Assembly: GCA_965644295.1 (NCBI GenBank)
Contig: CBFFRP010000219.1
Location: 1-64,000, forward strand
Direction: 5' to 3'
Origin: Paraphysomonas bandaiensis
Lineage: Eukaryota > Protista > Chrysophyceae
DNA length: 64,000 nucleotides
Position numbers and translations under genes: made by a program. This document shows positions 1 through 11,000 of the stretch, piece after piece; position 1 is the stretch's first letter; every line of letters starts with the position of its first letter. The notes below the pieces were generated by a model. It searched no databases, was not told the origin of the DNA, and was given only the letters and a program-made list of their open reading frames with translations.

Positions 1-3000
1 TGGCACAGCTGAGGGAACTACTGATGGCAATGAGGTAGGTACTGATGTAGGAAGAGATGTGGGTAAGGAGGTAGGGATCGAGGTCGGTATCGAGGTTGGA
101 ACACAGGTCGGTATTGATGATGGGACTGAGGATGGCATTGTTGTAGGAATAGACGTCGGTACACTACTTGGCACAGCTGAGGGAACTACTGATGGCAATG
201 AGGTAGGTACTGATGTAGGAAGAGATGTGGGTAAGGAGGTAGGGATCGAGGTCGGTATCGAGGTTGGAACACAGGTCGGTATTGATGATGGGACTGAGGA
301 TGGCATTGTTGTAGGAATAGACGTCGGTACACTACTTGGCACAGCTGAGGGAACTACTGATGGCAATGAGGTAGGTACTGATGTAGGAAGAGATGTGGGT
401 AAGGAGGTAGGGATCGAGGTCGGTATCGAGGTTGGAACACAGGTCGGTATTGATGATGGGACTGAGGATGGCATTGTTGTAGGAATAGACGTCGGTACAC
501 TACTTGGCACAGCTGAGGGAACTACTGATGGCAATGAGGTAGGTACTGATGTAGGAAGAGATGTGGGTAAGGAGGTAGGGATCGAGGTCGGTATCGAGGT
601 TGGAACACAGGTCGGTATTGATGATGGGACTGAGGATGGCATTGTTGTAGGAATAGACGTCGGTACACTACTTGGCACAGCTGAGGGAACTACTGATGGC
701 AATGAGGTAGGTACTGATGTAGGAAGAGATGTGGGTAAGGAGGTAGGGATCGAGGTCGGTATCGAGGTTGGAACACAGGTCGGTATTGATGATGGGACTG
801 AGGATGGCATTGTTGTAGGAATAGACGTCGGTACACTACTTGGCACAGCTGAGGGAACTACTGATGGCAATGAGGTAGGTACTGATGTAGGAAGAGATGT
901 GGGTAAGGAGGTAGGGATCGAGGTCGGTATCGAGGTTGGAACACAGGTCGGTATTGATGATGGGACTGAGGATGGCATTGTTGTAGGAATAGACGTCGGT
1001 ACACTACTTGGCACAGCTGAGGGAACTACTGATGGCAATGAGGTAGGTACTGATGTAGGAAGAGATGTGGGTAAGGAGGTAGGGATCGAGGTCGGTATCG
1101 AGGTTGGAACACAGGTCGGTATTGATGATGGGACTGAGGATGGCATTGTTGTAGGAATAGACGTCGGTACACTACTTGGCACAGCTGAGGGAACTACTGA
1201 TGGCAATGAGGTAGGTACTGATGTAGGAAGAGATGTGGGTAAGGAGGTAGGGATCGAGGTCGGTATCGAGGTTGGAACACAGGTCGGTATTGATGATGGG
1301 ACTGAGGATGGCATTGTTGTAGGAATAGACGTCGGTACACTACTTGGCACAGCTGAGGGAACTACTGATGGCAATGAGGTAGGTACTGATGTAGGAAGAG
1401 ATGTGGGTAAGGAGGTAGGGATCGAGGTCGGTATCGAGGTTGGAACACAGGTCGGTATTGATGATGGGACTGAGGATGGCATTGTTGTAGGAATAGACGT
1501 CGGTACACTACTTGGCACAGCTGAGGGAACTACTGATGGCAATGAGGTAGGTACTGATGTAGGAAGAGATGTGGGTAAGGAGGTAGGGATCGAGGTCGGT
1601 ATCGAGGTTGGAACACAGGTCGGTATTGATGATGGGACTGAGGATGGCATTGTTGTAGGAATAGACGTCGGTACACTACTTGGCACAGCTGAGGGAACTA
1701 CTGATGGCAATGAGGTAGGTACTGATGTAGGAAGAGATGTGGGTAAGGAGGTAGGGATCGAGGTCGGTATCGAGGTTGGAACACAGGTCGGTATTGATGA
1801 TGGGACTGAGGATGGCATTGTTGTAGGAATAGACGTCGGTACACTACTTGGCACAGCTGAGGGAACTACTGATGGCAATGAGGTAGGTACTGATGTAGGA
1901 AGAGATGTGGGTAAGGAGGTAGGGATCGAGGTCGGTATCGAGGTTGGAACACAGGTCGGTATTGATGATGGGACTGAGGATGGCATTGTTGTAGGAATAG
2001 ACGTCGGTACACTACTTGGCACAGCTGAGGGAACTACTGATGGCAATGAGGTAGGTACTGATGTAGGAAGAGATGTGGGTAAGGAGGTAGGGATCGAGGT
2101 CGGTATCGAGGTTGGAACACAGGTCGGTATTGATGATGGGACTGAGGATGGCATTGTTGTAGGAATAGACGTCGGTACACTACTTGGCACAGCTGAGGGA
2201 ACTACTGATGGCAATGAGGTAGGTACTGATGTAGGAAGAGATGTGGGTAAGGAGGTAGGGATCGAGGTCGGTATCGAGGTTGGAACACAGGTCGGTATTG
2301 ATGATGGGACTGAGGATGGCATTGTTGTAGGAATAGACGTCGGTACACTACTTGGCACAGCTGAGGGAACTACTGATGGCAATGAGGTAGGTACTGATGT
2401 AGGAAGAGATGTGGGTAAGGAGGTAGGGATCGAGGTCGGTATCGAGGTTGGAACACAGGTCGGTATTGATGATGGGACTGAGGATGGCATTGTTGTAGGA
2501 ATAGACGTCGGTACACTACTTGGCACAGCTGAGGGAACTACTGATGGCAATGAGGTAGGTACTGATGTAGGAAGAGATGTGGGTAAGGAGGTAGGGATCG
2601 AGGTCGGTATCGAGGTTGGAACACAGGTCGGTATTGATGATGGGACTGAGGATGGCATTGTTGTAGGAATAGACGTCGGTACACTACTTGGCACAGCTGA
2701 GGGAACTACTGATGGCAATGAGGTAGGTACTGATGTAGGAAGAGATGTGGGTAAGGAGGTAGGGATCGAGGTCGGTATCGAGGTTGGAACACAGGTCGGT
2801 ATTGATGATGGGACTGAGGATGGCATTGTTGTAGGAATAGACGTCGGTACACTACTTGGCACAGCTGAGGGAACTACTGATGGCAATGAGGTAGGTACTG
2901 ATGTAGGAAGAGATGTGGGTAAGGAGGTAGGGATCGAGGTCGGTATCGAGGTTGGAACACAGGTCGGTATTGATGATGGGACTGAGGATGGCATTGTTGT

Positions 3001-5085
3001 AGGAATAGACGTCGGTACACTACTTGGCACAGCTGATGATGGGACTGAGGATGGCATTGTTGTAGGAATAGACGTCGGTACACTACTTGGCACAGCTGAG
3101 GGAACTACTGATGGCAATGAGGTAGGTACTGATGTAGGAAGAGATGTGGGTAAGGAGGTAGGGATCGAGGTCGGTATCGAGGTTGGAACACAGGTCGGTA
3201 TTGATGATGGGACTGAGGATGGCATTGTTGTAGGAATAGACGTCGGTACACTACTTGGCACAGCTGAGGGAACTACTGATGGCAATGAGGTAGGTACTGA
3301 TGTAGGAAGAGATGTGGGTAAGGAGGTAGGGATCGAGGTCGGTATCGAGGTTGGAACACAGGTCGGTATTGATGATGGGACTGAGGATGGCATTGTTGTA
3401 GGAATAGACGTCGGTACACTACTTGGCACAGCTGAGGGAACTACTGATGGCAATGAGGTAGGTACTGATGTAGGAAGAGATGTGGGTAAGGAGGTAGGGA
3501 TCGAGGTCGGTATCGAGGTTGGAACACAGGTCGGTATTGATGATGGGACTGAGGATGGCATTGTTGTAGGAATAGACGTCGGTACACTACTTGGCACAGC
3601 TGAGGGAACTACTGATGGCAATGAGGTAGGTACTGATGTAGGAAGAGATGTGGGTAAGGAGGTAGGGATCGAGGTCGGTATCGAGGTTGGAACACAGGTC
3701 GGTATTGATGATGGGACTGAGGATGGCATTGTTGTAGGAATAGACGTCGGTACACTACTTGGCACAGCTGAGGGAACTACTGATGGCAATGAGGTAGGTA
3801 CTGATGTAGGAAGAGATGTGGGTAAGGAGGTAGGGATCGAGGTCGGTATCGAGGTTGGAACACAGGTCGGTATTGATGATGGGACTAGGTGGCATTGTTG
3901 TAGTGGCATTGTTGTAGGAATAGACGTCGGTACACTACTTGGCACAGCTGAGGGAACTACTGATGGCAATGAGGTAGGTACTGATGTAGGAAGAGATGTG
4001 GGTAAGGAGGTAGGGATCGAGGTCGGTATCGAGGTTGGAACACAGGTCGGTATTGATGATGGGACTGAGGATGGCATTGTTGTAGGAATAGACGTCGGTA
4101 CACTACTTGGCACAGCTGAGGGAACTACTGATGGCAATGAGGTAGGTACTGATGTAGGAAGAGATGTGGGTAAGGAGGTAGGGATCGAGGTCGGTATCGA
4201 GGTTGGAACACAGGTCGGTATTGATGATGGGACTGAGGATGGCATTGTTGTAGGAATAGACGTCGGTACACTACTTGGCACAGCTGAGGGAACTACTGAT
4301 GGCAATGAGGTAGGTACTGATGTAGGAAGAGATGTGGGTAAGGAGGTAGGGATCGAGGTCGGTATCGAGGTTGGAACACAGGTCGGTATTGACGATGGGA
4401 CTGAGGATGGCATTGTTGTAGGAATAGACGTCGGTACACTACTTGGCACAGCTGAGGGAACTACTGATGGCAATGAGGTAGGTACTGATGTAGGAAGAGA
4501 TGTGGGTAAGGAGGTAGGGATCGAGGTCGGTATCGAGGTTGGAACACAGGTCGGTATTGATGATGGGACTGAGGATGACATTGTTGTAGGAATAGACGTC
4601 GGTACACTACTTGGCACAGCTGAGGGAACTACTGATGGCAATGAGGTAGGTACTGATGTAGGAAGAGATGTGGGTAAGGAGGTAGGGATCGAGGTCGGTA
4701 TCGAGGTTGGAACACAGGTCGGTATTGATGATGGGACTGAGGATGGCATTGTTGTAGGAATAGACGTCGGTACACTACTTGGCACAGCTGAGGGAACTAC
4801 TGATGGCAATGAGGTAGGTACTGATGTAGGAAGAGATGTGGGTAAGGAGGTAGGGATCGAGGTCGGTATCGAGGTTGGAACACAGGTCGGTATTGATGAT
4901 GGGACTGAGGATGACATTGTTGTAGGAATAGACGTCGGTACACTACTTGGCACAGCTGAGGGAACTACTGATGGCAATGAGGTAGGTACTGATGTAGGAA
5001 GAGATGTGGGTAAGGAGGTAGGGATCGAGGTCGGTATCGAGGTTGGAACACAGGTCGGTATTGACGATGGGACTGAGGATGGCAT
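1..5085. repeat. Coding minisatellite, 168-bp unit, about 30 near-identical copies (continues beyond window start)
   Basis: Exact 168-bp periodicity. The only structural deviations are a 48-bp partial duplication near 3035 and a net 12-bp insertion near 3888-3903, both frame-preserving, plus a few SNPs between 4390 and 5065. Confidence 0.97.
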
Positions 5086-6177
5086 ATCAGATGGTGATAT
5101 GGATGGGTTATCAAGGATGGGAACGGTTGGTCTGATGGTTGGCTGGCGTTTTTTTCTATGGGGTTTATTAAAGCGGCGTCTAGTTGGTCTAGGTGTAGGT
5201 TCAGATGCACAACTAATAGTTGGCAATGTCGTTGGCGAATTCTTTGACGGAGGTATGGTTGAGGGTATACACGTGGGGGCGAAGGTTGGGGCATCTATTG
5301 GTGTCAATGATGCCATATTAGAAGGTAGTACGGACGGGTTATCGAGGATAGGAACTGTGGGTCTGACCGTAGGCCTGTTTTTTTTGTGGGGTTTATTAAA
5401 GCGACGTCGGGTTGGTCTGGGACTAGTTCTGAGATCCGTAGTGGTGGGCCAAATTGTTGGATAGAGTACATCTTTCTTCGAGGGCCGCTGCGACTTATGC
5501 CTCTTCTTTCGTTTGTAACCACTATCGCTATATTCATCTGTGGGAATTTTCCCAGACAGAAAGAGGTCAGAAGGGTTCAGTGACACAGCCGTCCGACGTG
5601 TAGGCATCAGTGAAGCATATTCTCCAACAACAGGGCGCCAGTTCAAGCATCTGTCCGCAGATACTCGATGCATAGTGTCAAAACAGATGCACATCGTTCC
5701 ATCAATATCACATCTCCCCATCCAGTTGCATGAGCTATCTACTTTTCCTGGGTTGCAAAAGGGACCATTTTCCAATCGTCTTTCGCTGTGACGTACAGAA
5801 CACCTCTCTTTTGACGAGTAGAGGACATTATCATCGCACTGACATCCCATTCCAGAAGCTAAACACGTACCACGGTTGTTACAATATGTTCTGTCCCCAG
5901 CGACACACACTGCTAACTCCGTACCATTGGTGTGAATTCGTAAGACACTGTGCACATCGGAATACCATTTACGACATCTGTCAGTAGAAGAGCGATGTTT
6001 GAAATCAAAACACATACAAAACGAGCCAGTTTCATCACAAATTCCCATCCAGCCACACAGTTCGTCAACTCGTGAGGGATTGCAAAAAGACGGGCTCTTG
6101 ACTGGGTATGAGAGTGTTGGGGATAACTCAATCAGAGCCGCAGAACAAACCATTAGAAGCAGATGACATGATATCAT
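1..6177 (-). CDS. Secreted EGF-like x3 + basic motif + Pro/Thr/Ser-rich mucin-like protein (3' end runs off window)
   Basis: Manual translation of the minus strand from ATG 6177 is open to position 1. It begins with a hydrophobic signal-like N-terminus MISCHLLLMVCSAALIELS. Three 6-Cys modules follow (FCNPSRVDELCGWMGICDETGSFCMCFDFKHRSSTDRC; CVAGDRTYCNNRGTCLASGMGCQCDDNVLYSSKERC; FCNPGKVDSSCNWMGRCDIDGTMCICFDTMHRVSADRC), then a K/R-rich segment, then 56-aa repeats PSSVPSSIPTCVPTSIPTSIPTSLPTSLPTSVPTSLPSVVPSAVPSSVPTSIPTTM. It is absent from the ORF track because there is no stop in the window. Confidence 0.85.
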   Translation of the reverse strand, partial: MISCHLLLMVCSAALIELSPTLSYPVKSPSFCNPSRVDELCGWMGICDETGSFCMCFDFKHRSSTDRCRKWYSDVHSVLRIHTNGTELAVCVAGDRTYCNNRGTCLASGMGCQCDDNVLYSSKERCSVRHSERRLENGPFCNPGKVDSSCNWMGRCDIDGTMCICFDTMHRVSADRCLNWRPVVGEYASLMPTRRTAVSLNPSDLFLSGKIPTDEYSDSGYKRKKRHKSQRPSKKDVLYPTIWPTTTDLRTSPRPTRRRFNKPHKKNRPTVRPTVPILDNPSVLPSNMASLTPIDAPTFAPTCIPSTIPPSKNSPTTLPTISCASEPTPRPTRRRFNKPHRKKRQPTIRPTVPILDNPSISPSDMPSSVPSSIPTCVPTSIPTSIPTSLPTSLPTSVPTSLPSVVPSAVPSSVPTSIPTTMSSSVPSSIPTCVPTSIPTSIPTSLPTSLPTSVPTSLPSVVPSAVPSSVPTSIPTTMPSSVPSSIPTCVPTSIPTSIPTSLPTSLPTSVPTSLPSVVPSAVPSSVPTSIPTTMSSSVPSSIPTCVPTSIPTSIPTSLPTSLPTSVPTSLPSVVPSAVPSSVPTSIPTTMPSSVPSSIPTCVPTSIPTSIPTSLPTSLPTSVPTSLPSVVPSAVPSSVPTSIPTTMPSSVPSSIPTCVPTSIPTSIPTSLPTSLPTSVPTSLPSVVPSAVPSSVPTSIPTTMPSSVPSSIPTCVPTSIPTSIPTSLPTSLPTSVPTSLPSVVPSAVPSSVPTSIPTTMPLQQCHLVPSSIPTCVPTSIPTSIPTSLPTSLPTSVPTSLPSVVPSAVPSSVPTSIPTTMPSSVPSSIPTCVPTSIPTSIPTSLPTSLPTSVPTSLPSVVPSAVPSSVPTSIPTTMPSSVPSSIPTCVPTSIPTSIPTSLPTSLPTSVPTSLPSVVPSAVPSSVPTSIPTTMPSSVPSSIPTCVPTSIPTSIPTSLPTSLPTSVPTSLPSVVPSAVPSSVPTSIPTTMPSSVPSSIPTCVPTSIPTSIPTSLPTSLPTSVPTSLPSVVPSAVPSSVPTSIPTTMPSSVPSSAVPSSVPTSIPTTMPSSVPSSIPTCVPTSIPTSIPTSLPTSLPTSVPTSLPSVVPSAVPSSVPTSIPTTMPSSVPSSIPTCVPTSIPTSIPTSLPTSLPTSVPTSLPSVVPSAVPSSVPTSIPTTMPSSVPSSIPTCVPTSIPTSIPTSLPTSLPTSVPTSLPSVVPSAVPSSVPTSIPTTMPSSVPSSIPTCVPTSIPTSIPTSLPTSLPTSVPTSLPSVVPSAVPSSVPTSIPTTMPSSVPSSIPTCVPTSIPTSIPTSLPTSLPTSVPTSLPSVVPSAVPSSVPTSIPTTMPSSVPSSIPTCVPTSIPTSIPTSLPTSLPTSVPTSLPSVVPSAVPSSVPTSIPTTMPSSVPSSIPTCVPTSIPTSIPTSLPTSLPTSVPTSLPSVVPSAVPSSVPTSIPTTMPSSVPSSIPTCVPTSIPTSIPTSLPTSLPTSVPTSLPSVVPSAVPSSVPTSIPTTMPSSVPSSIPTCVPTSIPTSIPTSLPTSLPTSVPTSLPSVVPSAVPSSVPTSIPTTMPSSVPSSIPTCVPTSIPTSIPTSLPTSLPTSVPTSLPSVVPSAVPSSVPTSIPTTMPSSVPSSIPTCVPTSIPTSIPTSLPTSLPTSVPTSLPSVVPSAVPSSVPTSIPTTMPSSVPSSIPTCVPTSIPTSIPTSLPTSLPTSVPTSLPSVVPSAVPSSVPTSIPTTMPSSVPSSIPTCVPTSIPTSIPTSLPTSLPTSVPTSLPSVVPSAVPSSVPTSIPTTMPSSVPSSIPTCVPTSIPTSIPTSLPTSLPTSVPTSLPSVVPSAVPSSVPTSIPTTMPSSVPSSIPTCVPTSIPTSIPTSLPTSLPTSVPTSLPSVVPSAVPSSVPTSIPTTMPSSVPSSIPTCVPTSIPTSIPTSLPTSLPTSVPTSLPSVVPSAVPSSVPTSIPTTMPSSVPSSIPTCVPTSIPTSIPTSLPTSLPTSVPTSLPSVVPSAVPSSVPTSIPTTMPSSVPSSIPTCVPTSIPTSIPTSLPTSLPTSVPTSLPSVVPSAVP

Positions 6178-6639
6178 TATTTCCAACTATTAAAATCCCC
6201 ATTAAAAATAGATAGTCATCTGCTTCATCTTTCACAGCACAGATCTCTTGACCCGCCGGGTCAATCGAATCAATCATATCACGCTTATGGATCATAGTAA
6301 TAATATCTGCAGCTCACAGATTCTACTGGTAATGGGGACCTCACAGCAGTACAAGAGAGTAACAACACAGAGAAGCACTCAAAGAAGTCGCTCTTCTTGA
6401 GGTCTGTGTGTATATGTGTGTGCTGTGGATATGCATGTCTAGATGTTGAGCACTGGGAGGGTGTATTCCATTCTATGTATACCGGTATACTCTACCGTAT
6501 AGTATGAAACCTGTGTCGAAATGCTGTATATGCAGATCATACGGCAGTATTCGTATTGTAGATACAGTTTAGATATTCAGATACTGTACAGCAGTACAGA
6601 GTTGGACAGAGCAGTTTGCCGCATCCAGCAGTGGAATTA

Positions 6640-6778
6640 GCCGAACGAACGGATCTAGTCCATATATGCGCGATGTCTTCACCTAACCCCTCATACCTCT
6701 ATTACCAGAAACAGTCTAATGTTTTAATAAGGATTCAGTGAAGATATCCCGAATATTGATTAGATCCGTTCGTTGGGC
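6640..6778. mobile_element. Degenerate ~140-bp MITE-like inverted repeat
   Basis: gccgaacgaacggatctagtc...gatgtcttcac at the left pairs with gtgaagatatc...gattagatccgttcgttgggc at the right, giving imperfect arms of about 40 bp. No clear TSD. Confidence 0.5.
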
Positions 6779-7034
6779 ACGTATAGAAGATCTGTGTGAC
6801 ACCGTAGATAAGGGACACGATATCTCCATATGACATGCGTCACATGTAGAGCCCTCTACACAACCACGACATTAATTTGTCTGGTCAAGAATATTTCACT
6901 GTATTTGGTTATATGATGCACACTTCTCTCTGAAAGTACTTCTCTACTACTGAAGGAACAGACACACACACACGACGACGAAAATTTTCTTTTCAATTTC
7001 CTTTCTTTTCATCTAACATTTCTCACATTTATAT

Positions 7035-7199
7035 CAGGGAAATAGCATGGTTTGTGTGTTGGAATGGTGAAAATTCATATTTTCGTCAAGAGAGGGTTTG
7101 GTCATAAAAAGTAACTGATCATTTCCTCCTGTATCATTTTCACCATTCCAACACACAACATTTTCACCATTCCAAAACACAAGCCATGCTATTTCCCTG
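7035..7199. mobile_element. hAT-like MITE (CAGGG termini)
   Basis: The left end cagggaaatagcatggtttgtgtgttggaatggtgaaaa matches the right end ttttcaccattccaaaacacaagccatgctatttccctg. There is an extra internal copy of ttttcaccattccaacacaca. The 8-bp flanks atttatat and atgtaaat match at 6 of 8 positions. Confidence 0.7.
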
Positions 7200-8002
7200 A
7201 TGTAAATGTTTCAATGACTTCAAAAGACACAAACAATTTATTATCTAGGATAAAATTAAAACAGTGCATTTGACATCCTTATAGTGTATAGCCAATGCTG
7301 CTTAAGAGAGTAGAATTTCGGTGGTGCTACTATGCCATGCTTTGTATCTCCCAGTGCACGGAGCACTTGAGGGGGACATGAATCACGCAATTTTCAAGCA
7401 GGCTACTGTATATACCGGCACCCTCTTACGGTAGTATTGTATTATACAATCGATGCTTCTCTGTTGCGAGAGTCAAATAACTCTCATGCTGAATATATTT
7501 TTGTGCTACTTTAAAATCTAAAATTATTCATTTACATTTAGTATACTTTATTGAAAATCGATATTTCAGTATAGTGTTAAAATTATGAGCACTGCGCCCG
7601 TACATGTCGGGCAGATGTGCAGCTGAACAGAGTGTAGCTAGATTTCTCTTTCAAATGTAGTGCACGTGCTCACAAAGTTGCACATGTGTAATGAACAATA
7701 CCTTTCAATTTAAAATACCACAGATGTGGGCAACTGCAGTACAAAATCTGAGGTTAGAAAACAATGCACAGCTGAGATGTAAGTTAATTACATAAAAAGA
7801 CTCTTACAAACCAACTGCAATATATATGTATTGCGTTTTCAGACGCATAATGTGATGGCGAGTGTACCGCATAATAACTACATTGTATGGTATACAACTA
7901 CTTGTGATGGCACAATGCAAGCCAATTCTAAATTCAACTAACACTGTCTAAAATTGCACTACGTTAAGTGATGTCATAGAGTACATTCCCCGCTAGTATG
8001 AG

Positions 8003-11000
8003 TTAAAGTTTGCAGTCGTCTGTCCCACTCAGCACTCTAACTACTTCTTGAGAAGTTGCTCCTTGAGAGAGTTCGACAGTTCGGGAACGCCGACGCTCAT
8101 TTTCCACAGCCGACTTCACTTTTTCTCTTTCACGGGCTCGGAGATATCGTTCTTTTGATTTCTGCACAATGAATTAGAAACACCACATTGTCGTTTCAAA
8201 CAGTGGAATACACACCTCATTTCCCTTCGTATTAAATATCTTCCATCTCTCCTGATCGGTGAATAACGTTTTTCGCTTTATTGCATCGCATCGTTCAGCT
8301 CGTGTTGTTTTTCGAAATAACTTGGAATAAGCATCACTGCTCTCTTTGGATAAATATCTCTTGGTGGACGGATCACTACCCCAACTATTTATTTGTTTTT
8401 CAGGCAACACTGTCTTGATAACAACCTGAACCGAGCCGCGTCCATTGTCTAGATTTATCCTATCCTCGTATCTACCATTTGCAATCCAAGTTTTCACTTT
8501 CTCATCGGAGATAATAGTCGACGCAATTATGTTATCTCTTCCTACACAAGAGTTAATTCCAATTCGTCCTATCTTCACTACACAAAGATTTACCTGTCAA
8601 AGTATCTCTATCAAGAATAGATACTGTCATATCCACAGCGTTGCTGAGGTCCAACTGGCTAATTGGAAATGTTAACGTAGCCTCAGAAAACACAAACGCG
8701 TTACTAGACTCTACAATGCACTGTCCTGTGTAATCTATAATATTCTGCAGACGAATTTGAACAACTGGAAGATGATTGCTCCCTAGATAGGGATTGATTC
8801 CAGAGAGTCTCACAATTCGGGCAGTGAATACACATTCATCAGAAGTAGCCTTAGGGTGCTGAAGTTCTTTGTACACAATGGGGTAACAAGGATCGCCATT
8901 ATCTTTTGTGCCAAGAGTAATTAATGTGCGTAAGCTAAATGTTTCTACAAGTAAGGTAGCTGCATATATCGGATAAATAATAGGAAAGAATATCACTATT
9001 CCCAAAAGCTCCGGTGCGATGGTAGTAAAATCTTCATATAAGATGCACGCGAAAAAGTACCGAACCAGCTCAATTATGGGGCCAGTGACAGATATCAGTA
9101 TTCCTAGAAACCAATCACTTATTGTACCCGTGATGCATATCACTGGATATTCGGAGACGCTGTGCTCACATTCGGAAGTCATGCACCAGCGCATGTAAAG
9201 AATTCGTGGATATTCAATTACACTAAACAATGCTGGCAATAAATTGAATGGTGGCGGTATCATTGAAAGCGGGTTACGTTCGTCTAAAAGTAAAAATGAC
9301 GAAACAATCGTCGCACGAGTAAACTGCCACTCTTCAAGCGCTTTCCGATCTAGTCTGTCATGGGTTGCAGACATGCGCGCGATAACAAGATTGAGTAGCA
9401 CCACAGCAGAAAATATGATATACGTCACTTCTACCGCGATACTGAGTTCACGAAACTGACTCCCGAATTCGTCGAACTGTTCATCGAACTCTGGATAGTT
9501 CGCGAACGCTGCATTGAACATTGAAAGGAATGTCCTCGTGCGGGTGCTAAAGTCTCCACTAGGGTAGTGCCTAGCCAGACTGTACATTGCCACACAAAAA
9601 CCAAATATACTTATAATAAAGATCACAGCAAACTTCAAAAGGTCCTGCATCATTGCGAACACCATGATAACCATATGACCTATTGGCTCATACGCGGAAA
9701 AGTAATTTAGCATGGATATGGACAGAAAAATAACCGCCAGGGCGTACGCAGCTCGATGATACACATTATCAACCAACTCCAAACCTATACCTGCTATAAC
9801 CAAAATAAAACCAATACAATCGATTCTATTCCACATCGAGTGGAAGTAATTAAATGCAGATGACACACTTGGAAATGCAACAAAAGTATTATCGCACAAC
9901 TCTCCTAACTCATAAAGAGATAGGGAAACAACAAAGAGATAGATGACATCGTTCAATATAGGAGATGCGTCGAAAAATACAGTCTTCCTTACAATCAAAC
10001 CAAGAAAAGTAAGCTTTGCCAACCCTTCCAAAAAGTACATACAGGCTGGACTAAACCGAAGGTAAAGAAAGTTCGTTTTTAAATGAATGATATTTTCGGC
10101 GCGATGGGATACTTTTTTTACGGGTAGAATTTTGTACATGACATCTCGTAGACTTCGCAAAAGGGGACGGTCGGTCAAGGTATCGCTATTTGACTGGCGC
10201 AGGAAGCCCCAATAGAGAGTATCCACAAATGAATTTACGTGCCCAGAATTGAAGACTTTGCTAACCATATTGTCAATGCACTTCGTAAGGGGGCCATCTC
10301 TAAAAGCGTGCGCATGTCGCACTAAGGATGGCATATAGTTGTGCTCCTTTAAGAATTTTTGTTGCGTATTCGGGTTGTCCATTGCGGTCGAACGAAAGCA
10401 CTCGAGAAGCATGCGCTCGACGACGTCTACATGTAAAAGGATGTCCATGCGCTCATTAGAACGAACTAGAGCCTCACGTCGAAACAAAGTCGCGAATTCC
10501 ACTAATTTATTCACCACATCTACATCAGTGAGGTGATTCGGAAAGGATGATTTGATTAAATCCGACAATAGAGGACACTTCTTCGATTCTTCCGCTTGAG
10601 TAGTGAAAACTTCCTCCATAGTCGAATTGACATCAACTATTTCACAGTCTGTATCGGCCATATCCGGGCGGTATGAACCATATTCTAGACAGTCATAAAA
10701 CGTGGACATGTGGTGATCAAGAATCGCAATACGACTATCCAGAGACTGAAGAAACCGTAAAAACACATCAAAATGAAAAGAATAAAACCCAGCTAATTGA
10801 ACTAAGACTGCAATAGAACGAGGCTTCGTAGATAGACGTCGAAACATTTCTCTCTGATCATCTTTTTTCCAGAGTACGTCGGGTAAAGTTGCATGTAACA
10901 TGTCACATATCTCCCCATTATCGTCTTTGCGCAACATGAAGTTTTCTGTTGCCAGCGTGATGTTACCATTCTTTAAGGCTTGTACAAGTGCATAAAATTT

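Noticed and set aside
1-5085. Possible CRISPR-like array
   Set aside because: Units are identical end to end with no variable spacers, there are no cas genes, and the context is eukaryotic.
59-5464. 1801-aa + strand ORF of G/V/E/D/T repeats
   Set aside because: Antisense shadow of the Pro/Thr/Ser repeat gene. The minus frame has a signal peptide and Cys modules, while this frame has no such features.
5913-6131. 72-aa minus ORF with a signal-like stretch (MKLARFVCVL...)
   Set aside because: It overlaps the EGF-mucin gene in another frame. The Cys-patterned frame is continuous with the rest of that gene.
8553-8600. Apparent frameshift or pseudogenisation at the end of the TRP channel ORF
   Set aside because: Explained by a ~50-bp GT-AG intron joining the next ORF.
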